Positions 41,547 to 51,274 of a stretch of 64,000 nucleotides of DNA are shown one piece after another. A program made the translations under genes and the position numbers. Position 1 is the first letter of the stretch; the number at the start of each line of letters is the position of its first letter. The notes beneath the pieces are model-generated. The model made no database searches. It was not told the origin of the DNA and saw only the letters and a list, made by a program, of their open reading frames with translations. Source of the stretch: a virus (Duplodnaviria; Caudoviricetes); IMG/VR virus record IMGVR_UViG_3300048854_000073, positions 1,828-65,827 of that record; one strand, written 5' to 3'.

Positions 41547-43847
41547 TCATCGCTGAACAGACTTCGCCTGCTCTTTCGCCTCGCCTGCATTCTTCGGCTT
41601 GCCTCCCTGCGCGGCAACCGCCGCAATAATCAAAGCCATATTCTCCGGACCAAGAAACTTTGCCGTCCGTGGATCGATCTTGCCTGAAGCTGCATGCTTG
41701 TCTTCGATATCCTTCAGAGCCATCTGCGTGAGACCGGAACGAAGGCGCGCTGCGTCCTCCGGCCGTACCGAATCGATTGCACGTAGCGTCTCCACCGACG
41801 GCCGTGTCATCCAATCCAATACGTTCGGCCGCTGAAGAATTCGCGTGAGCGCCTGCAGCCCAACTTCGCCCAATACGTATTGGCTACCAAAGCCCTGCAT
41901 GTGATGGCCTTCAAGTAGCGAAGAGCCGAGTGCCGTGCCGATCCCGAGACGGAACACCCATGCACCCGCCCTGCCGTACCTCTTCAGGCTTTCCTTGATT
42001 TTCGTGCGCTCCGCCTCGGAGATGTTGGGCACCTCGGCTTCCGGAGTTAGGGGGTGCGGCTCCGTGTAGCTCTTAAGCTCTGGCTTCCCCGGTAGCGGCT
42101 TCAGCCTAGGCTGTCCCGGCAATGGCTTTTCTGCTGGACGATCAGGAGGCTGCGGCAATCCCTTGCGCAGGCTCTCCTGCGATGGGAAGCCCTCTGCTGC
42201 TGCGCGCGCTGCCTGCACGTTCTTATTCTGTTCAACCAGATCGGGACTAATCTTTGCCAGCGCAGCAAGACGGGCCTGCTCCCTCTGCGCCTTGAATGCC
42301 TCCGGGTTAGTCTCCTGCATGCGCTGATCCATGAGCGTCATACGATCTACAGGCTTCCGGCCAAAGGCTTCCTGATACTCGCGATTCGACTGGCGAGCTG
42401 CCTTCAGGTCTTCACCCACTCCACCCTGATCGGCTACCGTCTGCATCATCCCACCGATACTCTCGCGCAGCGTCTTGAGTCCCTGCCACACCTGACCGGG
42501 CAAGTTGCCGCGAGACAGCTTCATTCCAAGCTCGGTGTAAATGCCATGCAGCTTGTTGAAGGTCAAAGGCTCGCTTCCATCCTTGGCAATGCCGCCAAGG
42601 TTGTCGAGGCTCGAAGTCATCTTGTCAACGTTTGCCTTCATCTCCGGACTCAACTTGTCGTACTCCTCGGCGAGGCCCATGTCTTCGGCCACCTCCTCCG
42701 GAGTCATCTTCGAACGAAGCTGATCGTCAAACAGCTTCGCCTCTTCCGGAGTCGAGATCGCGCTACGCTGCTGTTCGACAACATTGGTAAGGCCGGAAGG
42801 ATCGATAGGAACATCTCCCACCTTCTTCCGCAGAGCATCCCACTGCACATCGTTCGCAGCTTTAGCCTGACCTTTGACCTTCCTCTCGTTCTCGAAGTAA
42901 TCCTGCGTAGCTTTGTCGTAGTTCTTCTGTGCTTCCTCGCGCAACGTATCGGTGTGCTCTGCAGCTTCGCGCTCCTGCAGGGCACGCGTCACCGCTTCCT
43001 GATGCGACTGCGCAGCCTGCGCGTTCTGCGCGGCAACCTGCTGACGCTTCTCCTCTGCATCCTTCAAGGCCTGCGTATTGGCTTCAATCCTCTGTCGAGT
43101 CCTCTCGGCGTGCTTCTTCATAATCGAGGCGTTCTTTTCATCGACAACGCCCTGCGCACGGAGAGTATCTTCCCTCGCCTTCTGGTTGGCAGCATCAACA
43201 CCTTGCTGCTCTTTGCTGTACTTCTGCGCGATGTTCTTTGAAAAGTCCTCATCCACTCCGAGCTGGTTGCGCGCATAGTTGCGAATGTTCTCTTTGAACT
43301 CAGAAGGAGAACGTGCGGGCTCAAAGCCACGCCCCGGCACCGTACTCGCAACCCCATGGATCGCTGCACCTGTGGCGATGTCACCAGCAATATCACTCAC
43401 AGGATGACCAGAGGTAACATCCTGCTCGATCTGCGAACCTACACCCGGAAGCAACGGAATGTTATTCACCACCGTCGCTGCAGTGGAGGGCATGTTTTTC
43501 CATGCCTGCTCGCCCTCCTTCATCTGCTCATCAAAAGACTTTGGCGGAGACAGTACGTTGTTGGCGAAGTCCAGACCGGCTCCGACGAGGTTCGCGCCTG
43601 CGCGATTGAACTGGCGAACGACAGGAGCAAGCACGTAATCGTGCAGCACGCCTCCCGTTTCCGGAAGGTCCTGCGTGTTCTTCTGAAGATTGGTCTGGCC
43701 CTGCTTTACCAGATCGAGAGCCTTTTGACGAAGAGTCGCAGGCGTAGTCGTAGCGGATGGATGCGAAGGATCATCGCTGATGGTCCAGCCGCCTGCGGCG
43801 TTCTGCTGCGGCGTAGCGCTGTCGCTGATTGTCCACTGACTAGGCAT
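41547..43847 (-). CDS. Internal virion / DNA ejection protein (large)
   Basis: 766 aa, Ala/Gln-rich helical; podovirus ejectosome position. Confidence 0.6.
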   Translation of the reverse strand: MPSQWTISDSATPQQNAAGGWTISDDPSHPSATTTPATLRQKALDLVKQGQTNLQKNTQDLPETGGVLHDYVLAPVVRQFNRAGANLVGAGLDFANNVLSPPKSFDEQMKEGEQAWKNMPSTAATVVNNIPLLPGVGSQIEQDVTSGHPVSDIAGDIATGAAIHGVASTVPGRGFEPARSPSEFKENIRNYARNQLGVDEDFSKNIAQKYSKEQQGVDAANQKAREDTLRAQGVVDEKNASIMKKHAERTRQRIEANTQALKDAEEKRQQVAAQNAQAAQSHQEAVTRALQEREAAEHTDTLREEAQKNYDKATQDYFENERKVKGQAKAANDVQWDALRKKVGDVPIDPSGLTNVVEQQRSAISTPEEAKLFDDQLRSKMTPEEVAEDMGLAEEYDKLSPEMKANVDKMTSSLDNLGGIAKDGSEPLTFNKLHGIYTELGMKLSRGNLPGQVWQGLKTLRESIGGMMQTVADQGGVGEDLKAARQSNREYQEAFGRKPVDRMTLMDQRMQETNPEAFKAQREQARLAALAKISPDLVEQNKNVQAARAAAEGFPSQESLRKGLPQPPDRPAEKPLPGQPRLKPLPGKPELKSYTEPHPLTPEAEVPNISEAERTKIKESLKRYGRAGAWVFRLGIGTALGSSLLEGHHMQGFGSQYVLGEVGLQALTRILQRPNVLDWMTRPSVETLRAIDSVRPEDAARLRSGLTQMALKDIEDKHAASGKIDPRTAKFLGPENMALIIAAVAAQGGKPKNAGEAKEQAKSVQR

Positions 43848-43863
43848 CTACTCAAATCCTCAC

Positions 43864-45594
43864 TTACTGCTTTACGGCTTTGCCATTGACCTTTTTATAG
43901 GTTCCACCGGGACCGTGCATAAATTGACCCTCTGCTGCCTTGGCGACAACTTCAGCGGGAGGCGCGGAGGTGTCCTCTCCACCCTGCTCCGCACCACTGC
44001 CATTCTTCCCTGCGACGTTGGTGCCCTTGTATGCCTCCTGCTGCTCCGCCTTCGCTCCTGACAAGTAGTCCCGCGTCACGCCGATGATCTTCCTGAAGAT
44101 ATCGGCCGGGAGGGCTCCGCTCTGCATATTGTTCGCCCACTGCTCAAGATTGTTGGCGAGACCCTGCCTCTTCACGTAGCTGTCGTACTCCTGCATGTTG
44201 ACGCGGCCTGCGCTCGCCCTGATGAGAGCGAGAACCAAACTGCGTTGCTTCACTGCATCATCAGGAGCCTTCTCCGCAAGATCGGCCTGCTTTGAGAGTG
44301 CAGTGAAGTCACCCACCTTTTTATCTGCCGCAGACTGTGCAGGAGTGTTCTTATGAATGCTGGCCACGCGTGCATCTACCGCTGGAGCCGCAGGGGCTCC
44401 CGTCGCTGCCGCGCTGCTCTTTACGCTCGCGGCTCGCTTCCGTGCCTCTCCGGCTGTCTTTGGTGGTGTGGCTGGTGCGGGTTGTGCCACGGTGACGGGT
44501 TGGCCTGTGAGGGTTGTGGGTCCTGTTGGGGCTGCTGTTGGGGCTGCTGCTGATTGGGCTCCAGCAGGGCCGTTAGAAACTGGAGGGCGGATACCACTAT
44601 TGCTCGGAGGGGGAGGGCCATTGACTGCACCGAAGTCTTTCTTGCTGGAAGTGGCCAGCGTAACGATGTGAGCATTCCCATCCGAATCGTACTGGATCGA
44701 TTCGTGCGATGAATTCGTATCCGGGTGGGTGAGGCTATTGAATCGCCGAATGGCCCACTCCCTCTGTTCTGGAGTTGCGCCATCCGGGAACTGGCTACGA
44801 ATATACGTTTCAAGTGCGGCCGTCGATACATGCGGCATTGCTGCACCTGTCGAAACCGGCATAGCACCGTCCGGAGGCTGATTGTAAGGATCGTTCAGGT
44901 TGAACATCTTGAACGTTCCATCAGCCAGCTTGTAGTTCTGATAGTGCGGAGTAAACGGCCGGTACATCATCGGCTTTGGTGCAAGCCCTGCAGTCACGCG
45001 CACAGCCTTCTCTGCATCCTCCGGAGAGAAGCCAGCCTCCACCAGCGATTGATGCATCTGCTGAAATTGATTCGAGTGTGGCGCACCAGCAGCAAGGTCC
45101 TGCGCAAATCGTGTCTTCGCTTCCGCTGCGTTCCTCGGAGGAGCTACCGGAGTGTTGGGAAGCGTATCGACTGCCACAGAAGTCGCAGGGAGAGTCGGCG
45201 AAGTGATATTCATTCCACCGTTCATTCCGGGTAATGTAGTACCCTGCGTTCCCGCAACTGGTACTTCAGCGATGCGAGGGGCTGCAGTCTCGGGAGTCGA
45301 TTCACCATGAACCTTAGTCCAAAGCATCTTGCCCAACCGCTCCAACCCTCCCGGCCTGTTCGGATGAAAGAGCGCAGTTCGATCAGCGATGACCTGATTG
45401 AGCTGGCTTTGGAGCCCAGCGTATTCGGGACTGCCGGTACCGACTTGAGCAATCCTCTGCTGAATGTTGGCAGCGGAGTCGTTAAAACCTTTGAGCAAGG
45501 TCTCGTGCTCTTCGTCGGAGTAGGCCTGTTGATGCTGTGCTGCGCGAAGTGGAAATCCCGCGCCAAACGCAAAGCCTTGATCGAACGCTCCCAT
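43864..45594 (-). CDS. Internal virion / DNA ejection protein
   Basis: 576 aa, low complexity; position. Confidence 0.55.
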   Translation of the reverse strand: MGAFDQGFAFGAGFPLRAAQHQQAYSDEEHETLLKGFNDSAANIQQRIAQVGTGSPEYAGLQSQLNQVIADRTALFHPNRPGGLERLGKMLWTKVHGESTPETAAPRIAEVPVAGTQGTTLPGMNGGMNITSPTLPATSVAVDTLPNTPVAPPRNAAEAKTRFAQDLAAGAPHSNQFQQMHQSLVEAGFSPEDAEKAVRVTAGLAPKPMMYRPFTPHYQNYKLADGTFKMFNLNDPYNQPPDGAMPVSTGAAMPHVSTAALETYIRSQFPDGATPEQREWAIRRFNSLTHPDTNSSHESIQYDSDGNAHIVTLATSSKKDFGAVNGPPPPSNSGIRPPVSNGPAGAQSAAAPTAAPTGPTTLTGQPVTVAQPAPATPPKTAGEARKRAASVKSSAAATGAPAAPAVDARVASIHKNTPAQSAADKKVGDFTALSKQADLAEKAPDDAVKQRSLVLALIRASAGRVNMQEYDSYVKRQGLANNLEQWANNMQSGALPADIFRKIIGVTRDYLSGAKAEQQEAYKGTNVAGKNGSGAEQGGEDTSAPPAEVVAKAAEGQFMHGPGGTYKKVNGKAVKQ

Positions 45595-46151
45595 TAGTGT
45601 CCTCCGAACATCGTGCTGAAGGTTGACGGGCTCAGAGCGTTGAAGCCGGTTCCGAGTCCGAAGCCTTCAATCGCTCCAATGCCACCCGCGATGCCCTTAC
45701 CGAAGATGCTGTTCTGCCAGTTCTGCATCTGCTGCTGCGATGCATTCAATTGCTGCTGGTATCCGGTCAGGCTGGTATTCAGCAGGTTGCTTCCGATGCC
45801 TGCCAGCGAATTTGCCGAAGTGCCCAACAGGCTGGAGACCAGATCGTTATAGGCTGCGCGTCCGGTTGAGTCGGCCATCTGCATCTGCGAATTGGTTCCA
45901 CCGGAGCGATTGCCGAACTGCGAAGCGGTCTGTTTCTGCTGCTGCGTCTGATTCTGAATCGCGCGCACCTGCGGAGCCAACACCTTCGAGGTAGCGCCAC
46001 CGCCCTGCAGAAGCGAGTTGAAGAAGTTCGAAGCCGCGTTCGTGTCGTTGAATCCAGTCTGCATCGTGGACCCGGCAAAGTTGCCGAGCTGATCGATCTG
46101 CTTATTGATCGTCGGGTTCGAACCACCGAATAGTGAGGCTGCAAAGCTCAT
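45594..46151 (-). CDS. DNA transfer / pilot protein (P22 gp7-like composition)
   Basis: Gly/Ser/Asn/Gln-rich with hydrophobic Gly-rich C-terminus. Confidence 0.6.
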   Translation of the reverse strand: MSFAASLFGGSNPTINKQIDQLGNFAGSTMQTGFNDTNAASNFFNSLLQGGGATSKVLAPQVRAIQNQTQQQKQTASQFGNRSGGTNSQMQMADSTGRAAYNDLVSSLLGTSANSLAGIGSNLLNTSLTGYQQQLNASQQQMQNWQNSIFGKGIAGGIGAIEGFGLGTGFNALSPSTFSTMFGGH

Positions 46152-46169
46152 GGGGAGGGCTCCTGACAA

Positions 46170-46187
46170 TGTAGTCTACCGCCTACA
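46170..46187. promoter_or_regulatory. 18-bp operator copy (TGTAGTCTACCGCCTACA)
   Basis: Intergenic. Confidence 0.7.
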
Positions 46188-46203
46188 TTCGCGGCTGAAC
46201 ATC

Positions 46204-47205
46204 CTAAATCCCGATTGCTCTCCACTGCACCACCACCGCCTGATCGAACGTGGCTCCGCCACCGCCCGTAGGCACATTGCACTGCAGGTCGATTCCCGAG
46301 GTGGTAAGTCCCACCGTAGCCGATTGCACGCTTGCCAGATCATTGCTGGCCGGTCTTGGCACCCCGACGATGTAAGCCTCAAAGGCAAACACCTGCGTGG
46401 TAAAAGCTGTTGGATAGGTGACGAGGCCGGAAGCCTTGTTCGTAGTCGTTGACGCAATGGTGATGCTGCCAAACTGCTCGATCACTCCATCCGTCCACAC
46501 CCACCACCAACCATTTGCATTCGACTGCAACGGTCCACGGTCAGCCGTTCCACCTCCGCCTCCGGCGTCAATGGTGACATTGCCTGCGCCATCATCGGTC
46601 AGGGTGATGTTGGTTCCGGCAACAAGGTTCAACAGGCTTTGATCTCCGTTCGGCGTCCCATCGGTCTGCAGCTCCAGAGGAATCACCACCGGCACCGTGA
46701 ACGCATAGAAGTTCATTCCATCGAAGTAGATGACGCAGCCGGTTCCTGTCTTCAGATCGAGCGAAGCAAGTCCGTTGACAAGGCCACTGTTGGGAGTGAA
46801 CGTGACCAGCCCCGCTCCAATGTTTTCGTAGGTCGCAAACCAGTTGATCGCGACGGCGTAATTCAGCGTCACAGCCACCGGCACCGCACTATTGAAGACG
46901 ACAATGCCACCATAGTCAGAGGTCTGCGTGGAGTAGGTCGCAGCCGTCACAACCGTTACCGTGCCAAGCGTAGGCGTTGTAGGCGGAGGGTTGACCGGCG
47001 TCGATCCTCCGCCGCTCGATCCTCCGCTACTGCTGCCACCGCTGGAGGAGCTTCCATCCTTCAGCGCATCAATCTGTTCCTTCAGGGAGATCAGCGCGCG
47101 CTCATGATCCTGAATCGCATTCTGCGCGATGGTCATGGCGAAGTGTGTCTTTGGTCCGGACTCACTGCTGATATCCGGCCAGAACATTGTGGGGCTGGTG
47201 CTCAT
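46204..47205 (-). CDS. Tail fibre-like protein with gp53-like C-terminal domain
   Basis: Coiled coil, Gly/Ser linker, GWWWVWTDGVIEQFG...YPTAF. Confidence 0.7.
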   Translation of the reverse strand: MSTSPTMFWPDISSESGPKTHFAMTIAQNAIQDHERALISLKEQIDALKDGSSSSGGSSSGGSSGGGSTPVNPPPTTPTLGTVTVVTAATYSTQTSDYGGIVVFNSAVPVAVTLNYAVAINWFATYENIGAGLVTFTPNSGLVNGLASLDLKTGTGCVIYFDGMNFYAFTVPVVIPLELQTDGTPNGDQSLLNLVAGTNITLTDDGAGNVTIDAGGGGGTADRGPLQSNANGWWWVWTDGVIEQFGSITIASTTTNKASGLVTYPTAFTTQVFAFEAYIVGVPRPASNDLASVQSATVGLTTSGIDLQCNVPTGGGGATFDQAVVVQWRAIGI

Positions 47206-50200
47206 ACCGTCGCTCCCACGCCACTCTCCGCGCCAATCGGTTTGATGTTGTTATACGGCGTCTGCCGTCCCCACATGCCGATCTTGCACTCCATGTCTTC
47301 TTCCCACACGCTAAACGGAGCACTGGAAGTCAGACGAAAGCTGACCAGCTTGAACTTATTCACCGGAATCGTGAACTTGATCTTCGACTGCAGGCCTCCT
47401 GTCGCTGGCAGCGTCAAGGTGATCGAGTTGGGAACAGCCCCGGGATCGAACTGTAACGTCAGCGTGACTGGCGTCGTGGACGCGTAAGCGACATTCATCT
47501 CGCGGATGTGCTGCCATCCCTGATTGCCGAGCGACGACATCTGCGTCTGCCACTCCGTCACCGAGGGTGGATAAGGCTGCTTGATCCATGAGGCATCGGG
47601 TGTAGGCCACAGCCTCCACGGCACATTATCCGTAGAGACAATGCGCACCATGTAGCCCGTGAACGGAGGCGTGAAAGTAAGCGTCTGCTTTCCTTCGCCA
47701 TTGAACACGACAGGGTTTTGATCGGGTACATGAAACTGTCCATCGTCGGTCTGGATCGCAATCGACTTTGGCTGGCCGAATGTATCCGCCTGCAGAACGA
47801 GACCCTGCACGAAGTTGTTTCCCGTGGTCCCCATGTCGGTCCAGTCCGTTGGTCGGTTCTGCGTGTCCTCCGGGAAGTACGTCCAATCGGGTTGCCAGAG
47901 ATCGAGATAGGTGGTGTTGCCGATGGGCCACGACAGCGCCACTTCGATATCGTTCGCGTCCAGACCATTCCCACCGGCAAAGTCCACGATGTAAGGCCGC
48001 AGGCTTCCACCCACCGCAAGCGAGGCAGGGGCAAAGCCGCTGACCGCATCCTCGTACTGATTCTGGTAGGGCTGGATCGTTACAGGGCTGCCCACAACGC
48101 TGGCACGGAAGTAGAGATCGCCAATGCGCTTGTTCGCGCGGGAGTCTCCACCGTCAATCGCTCCCGTCAGGACAACGGCGTTCCCGGTCTCTGCCTGTCC
48201 GTTGCGGAGTGGCCGGATCGTTCCATCCGAACAGCCCACAAGCACATCGTTCGCTGCAGGTCCTTCTTCAAGCGTGTGCAATGTTGCACTGAACTGGTAG
48301 ACATCGACAACCCACCCTTTACCCTGCGTGTCATAGACCAGCGTGCGCGGCGTCCCCGTCGTATCCACATAATCGTAGTAAAGATATCCCGTCGCGAAGT
48401 TCAGCTTTTGCTTCTCTGGCTGCGAATCGTCCGGAGGATAGATCGTATATCCGCCCAACGTGATCGGCGCAGGAATATAACCTTCGTGCGGGAACAGGTT
48501 GAACAGATCGTCATCGGTCAAAGACTGCTGACGCGATCCTCCAACCGAAGCCTCAATCCCATCCTTGGAGCGATAGAAGAACGTTCCCGAACCATCCGTG
48601 CAGATGCAGGGCCGGATGTACAGGCCACGCGTCACACCGGCACGCATCAGACTGAAGGCTGAACCTGACACTCCATTCACCGTCGCCAGCGCCGAATAGA
48701 AGTTCGGGTAAATCATCCAGCCATTCTCCGCAGAGAAGACCATGCCGATCCCATTGACGATCACGCCATTGATGAGCGGTTCTGAAGGGCTGGTTACGTC
48801 CTGCTGATTGGTGTCCGGAGCCGAATCGAGATTGTTGCCCTTGCACCAGTAGAGCGTGCCTGCGCGCAGTGGATCGCCGCACGCAAAGGCATAGAGCGTG
48901 TTGTCCGACGTGCCCCACATCGAGGCCATCGGTTGAGCTGCCAAGATCGGTTCCGCGATCTCGTAATCCAATCCGAGACCATCGGCCACATCCACAGCAA
49001 TCAGCTTTGTGGTCGAAGACGGCCGGTTGTACAGCGTGTAGGCGATGCCTCCAATATTGATGACCGTGCCGGGAAGCCAGCGCACATTGAACTCATCGCC
49101 AGACACCCAATTGACCACACCGCCGATGACATCCACGACGCCCTCCACCGGGAGATCGATGGATGGGAAAGGTTCGTAGTTGTCTACCTGCAGAATCGGA
49201 TTGCCGATCACATCCGCATCGAGCAACGTGTCCGTGAACGGTGTCGGAGGATTCGTGTTCGGTCCCGTGCCTACGTAGGTGTAGTTATCGAGACCGGAGT
49301 CCATGCGGTAGTAATCGACCTTATCCACCTGCGGATCGGGAGAAAAATCCGGCGTGATGGTGTTGGCAATTGCAGGGATCGACTGCAGCGGAGACTGCGG
49401 CGATGGGTTCGATGTGGCTCCCGTCAGCGATGAGCGATAGACATAGACGTACGAGACATCTGTCTTCACACTGCCAGAGATCGGAGGAATCACATCGCCA
49501 TTGCATTCGAGCGTAAGCGTGCGGCCGGAGTGAAACCAGTAATCGTAGTCCAGCTCAATCGGATAGACGCCAGCTCCGGGAAAGGAAACACTCACCGAGA
49601 TCGTTGTCGCCGGTCCACCGCCATTGATGGTTGGCGAAGGCAGCAACGCGCAGCTACTTACAACCGTCTGATTCTGGCCAAGGGCACCGAAGATGGTTCC
49701 CTTCCCTGCCCATGTTGCATTGCCTCCAATGCCCCACATCACATTGTCTTTTGAGGTGATGGTGAAGTTGTAGGTGCCGGGTCCGGGAACGAACAGATTC
49801 CCGACGATGCACATGTTGAAGTCCTGATAGCCGTTGCTCTCCAGCGCAGGGGAGAAGACAACGTTCTGCCCCACCACCGCTCCACTCTCATCCAGAACAT
49901 CCCACGTCATCGCCGTGGTGCCGGTTCCCGGCGTAGTGTCGAACAGGAAAGAATTGTTCGTAGTCGAACCGGATGCGTTGCTGATGTCGCGCACCGGGCC
50001 AGAGCCGCCAGAGTCCCCGGCATTCTTCCAGATGTAAGCTGCTACCGGGCCGGAGTGTGGGGAGTCGCCCCAATAGTAAGCCGTGATTGCGCCAAGCGTA
50101 GACACCTTGGTCGTCACCGGGCTGGTAACGATTTGATAGTTGACGGTGAAGCTTCCACTGTTCGCAGCGAAGTTCCCGCCAATTCCATCCACACCGAGCT

Positions 50201-51083
50201 GAAGTTGCGCTGCACCTGCAGGAACAATCAGCGTGGTCCCGGCACCAATCGAGAGCGCTCCGGAGACAATCACATCGCCTGCGTTATCCGTCCATGCTCC
50301 GCAAAGGATCGCGCACGATCCTCCCATGAACTGACCCGGATTCGATGCTCCCGTAGGACCCGCATCTCCCGGCGCATGCGGCGAGCCATTCACGGTTGCG
50401 GTTCCGGTTGCGGTCAGGGTCAGCGATGCGCCTGTAATCGGCGTAGCAATCACTGTAGGACCCGTACCGTTGCCGTTGTCGCCATAGCCGAAGGTGGGGT
50501 TCGCTCCGGCAACGTTCGACCATGGCCGCGCGGTTCCCAATACGCTGACGGCTCCTGTGACTGTCGTGGTCTCTGTAGCCACGTCAGGAGCTTCCTGCGG
50601 CTCCTCTACGCCCATCTTGTACGTCAGGCCATCCGCGCGCACCTTGAGCATGCCAGCCGCGTTAAACGCCGGATTGATGATGTGCGTGGACTGTGACGAG
50701 TCGGCGATATACATCCACGGCTCAGGGCTGCTGTTCGGGCGGAAGGGAACCTGAGAGAACGGATTACTGCTCAACCCCGTTGCCAGAGCCGTGCTATTGC
50801 AATAAAGCGTGTCGCCTGCACCGCCGATCAAAGCAAATCCCGAGGGAGGGCCAAGCGGCGTCGTATCGTTCAGCCTGCGCAGGGAGTGAACCGCTGCACC
50901 CAATGTCTGCACGGCTGCAGCCTGTGTCGCGCGCGCCGTCATCCTTCCACCAAGGTAGGAACGCACGTTCTGCAGGTACGGGTATTTACCCGCCATCATA
51001 TCGATGGGCAACACGACACTCATGCCGCTCATCTGGAAGCGATTGCCGTTCGGTTCCCGTTTATATTGCTGCTCTTCGCTCAT
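47202..51083 (-). CDS. Large tail (nozzle-like) protein with inserted carbohydrate-binding-like domains
   Basis: 1293 aa, beta-rich; PA14-like segment (PGPGTYNFTITSKD...YPIELDY). Confidence 0.65.
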   Translation of the reverse strand: MSEEQQYKREPNGNRFQMSGMSVVLPIDMMAGKYPYLQNVRSYLGGRMTARATQAAAVQTLGAAVHSLRRLNDTTPLGPPSGFALIGGAGDTLYCNSTALATGLSSNPFSQVPFRPNSSPEPWMYIADSSQSTHIINPAFNAAGMLKVRADGLTYKMGVEEPQEAPDVATETTTVTGAVSVLGTARPWSNVAGANPTFGYGDNGNGTGPTVIATPITGASLTLTATGTATVNGSPHAPGDAGPTGASNPGQFMGGSCAILCGAWTDNAGDVIVSGALSIGAGTTLIVPAGAAQLQLGVDGIGGNFAANSGSFTVNYQIVTSPVTTKVSTLGAITAYYWGDSPHSGPVAAYIWKNAGDSGGSGPVRDISNASGSTTNNSFLFDTTPGTGTTAMTWDVLDESGAVVGQNVVFSPALESNGYQDFNMCIVGNLFVPGPGTYNFTITSKDNVMWGIGGNATWAGKGTIFGALGQNQTVVSSCALLPSPTINGGGPATTISVSVSFPGAGVYPIELDYDYWFHSGRTLTLECNGDVIPPISGSVKTDVSYVYVYRSSLTGATSNPSPQSPLQSIPAIANTITPDFSPDPQVDKVDYYRMDSGLDNYTYVGTGPNTNPPTPFTDTLLDADVIGNPILQVDNYEPFPSIDLPVEGVVDVIGGVVNWVSGDEFNVRWLPGTVINIGGIAYTLYNRPSSTTKLIAVDVADGLGLDYEIAEPILAAQPMASMWGTSDNTLYAFACGDPLRAGTLYWCKGNNLDSAPDTNQQDVTSPSEPLINGVIVNGIGMVFSAENGWMIYPNFYSALATVNGVSGSAFSLMRAGVTRGLYIRPCICTDGSGTFFYRSKDGIEASVGGSRQQSLTDDDLFNLFPHEGYIPAPITLGGYTIYPPDDSQPEKQKLNFATGYLYYDYVDTTGTPRTLVYDTQGKGWVVDVYQFSATLHTLEEGPAANDVLVGCSDGTIRPLRNGQAETGNAVVLTGAIDGGDSRANKRIGDLYFRASVVGSPVTIQPYQNQYEDAVSGFAPASLAVGGSLRPYIVDFAGGNGLDANDIEVALSWPIGNTTYLDLWQPDWTYFPEDTQNRPTDWTDMGTTGNNFVQGLVLQADTFGQPKSIAIQTDDGQFHVPDQNPVVFNGEGKQTLTFTPPFTGYMVRIVSTDNVPWRLWPTPDASWIKQPYPPSVTEWQTQMSSLGNQGWQHIREMNVAYASTTPVTLTLQFDPGAVPNSITLTLPATGGLQSKIKFTIPVNKFKLVSFRLTSSAPFSVWEEDMECKIGMWGRQTPYNNIKPIGAESGVGATV

Positions 51084-51085
51084 AG

Positions 51086-51103
51086 TGTGGGCTGTAGCCT
51101 ACA
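51086..51103. promoter_or_regulatory. 18-bp operator copy (TGTGGGCTGTAGCCTACA)
   Basis: 2 bp upstream of ATG 51083. Confidence 0.8.
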
Positions 51104-51121
51104 TCATCAAACAAAAAAAAT

Positions 51122-51274
51122 TCACCTCTTGCGCTTGTTCAAAACCTTCTGGCAGCTTGCGCAGTAGGTGTAATCCTTCGCTGCCGTCTCGGAGCGACGA
51201 ATGTTGGCTGGCGCGCCACAGCGCTTGCACCGAACGAACAGCCGATCTCCTCCGGGTACTCTCAGATCACCCAT
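51122..51274 (-). CDS. Small Zn-finger protein
   Basis: CKRC...CASC; GGAG RBS. Confidence 0.55.
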   Translation of the reverse strand: MGDLRVPGGDRLFVRCKRCGAPANIRRSETAAKDYTYCASCQKVLNKRKR

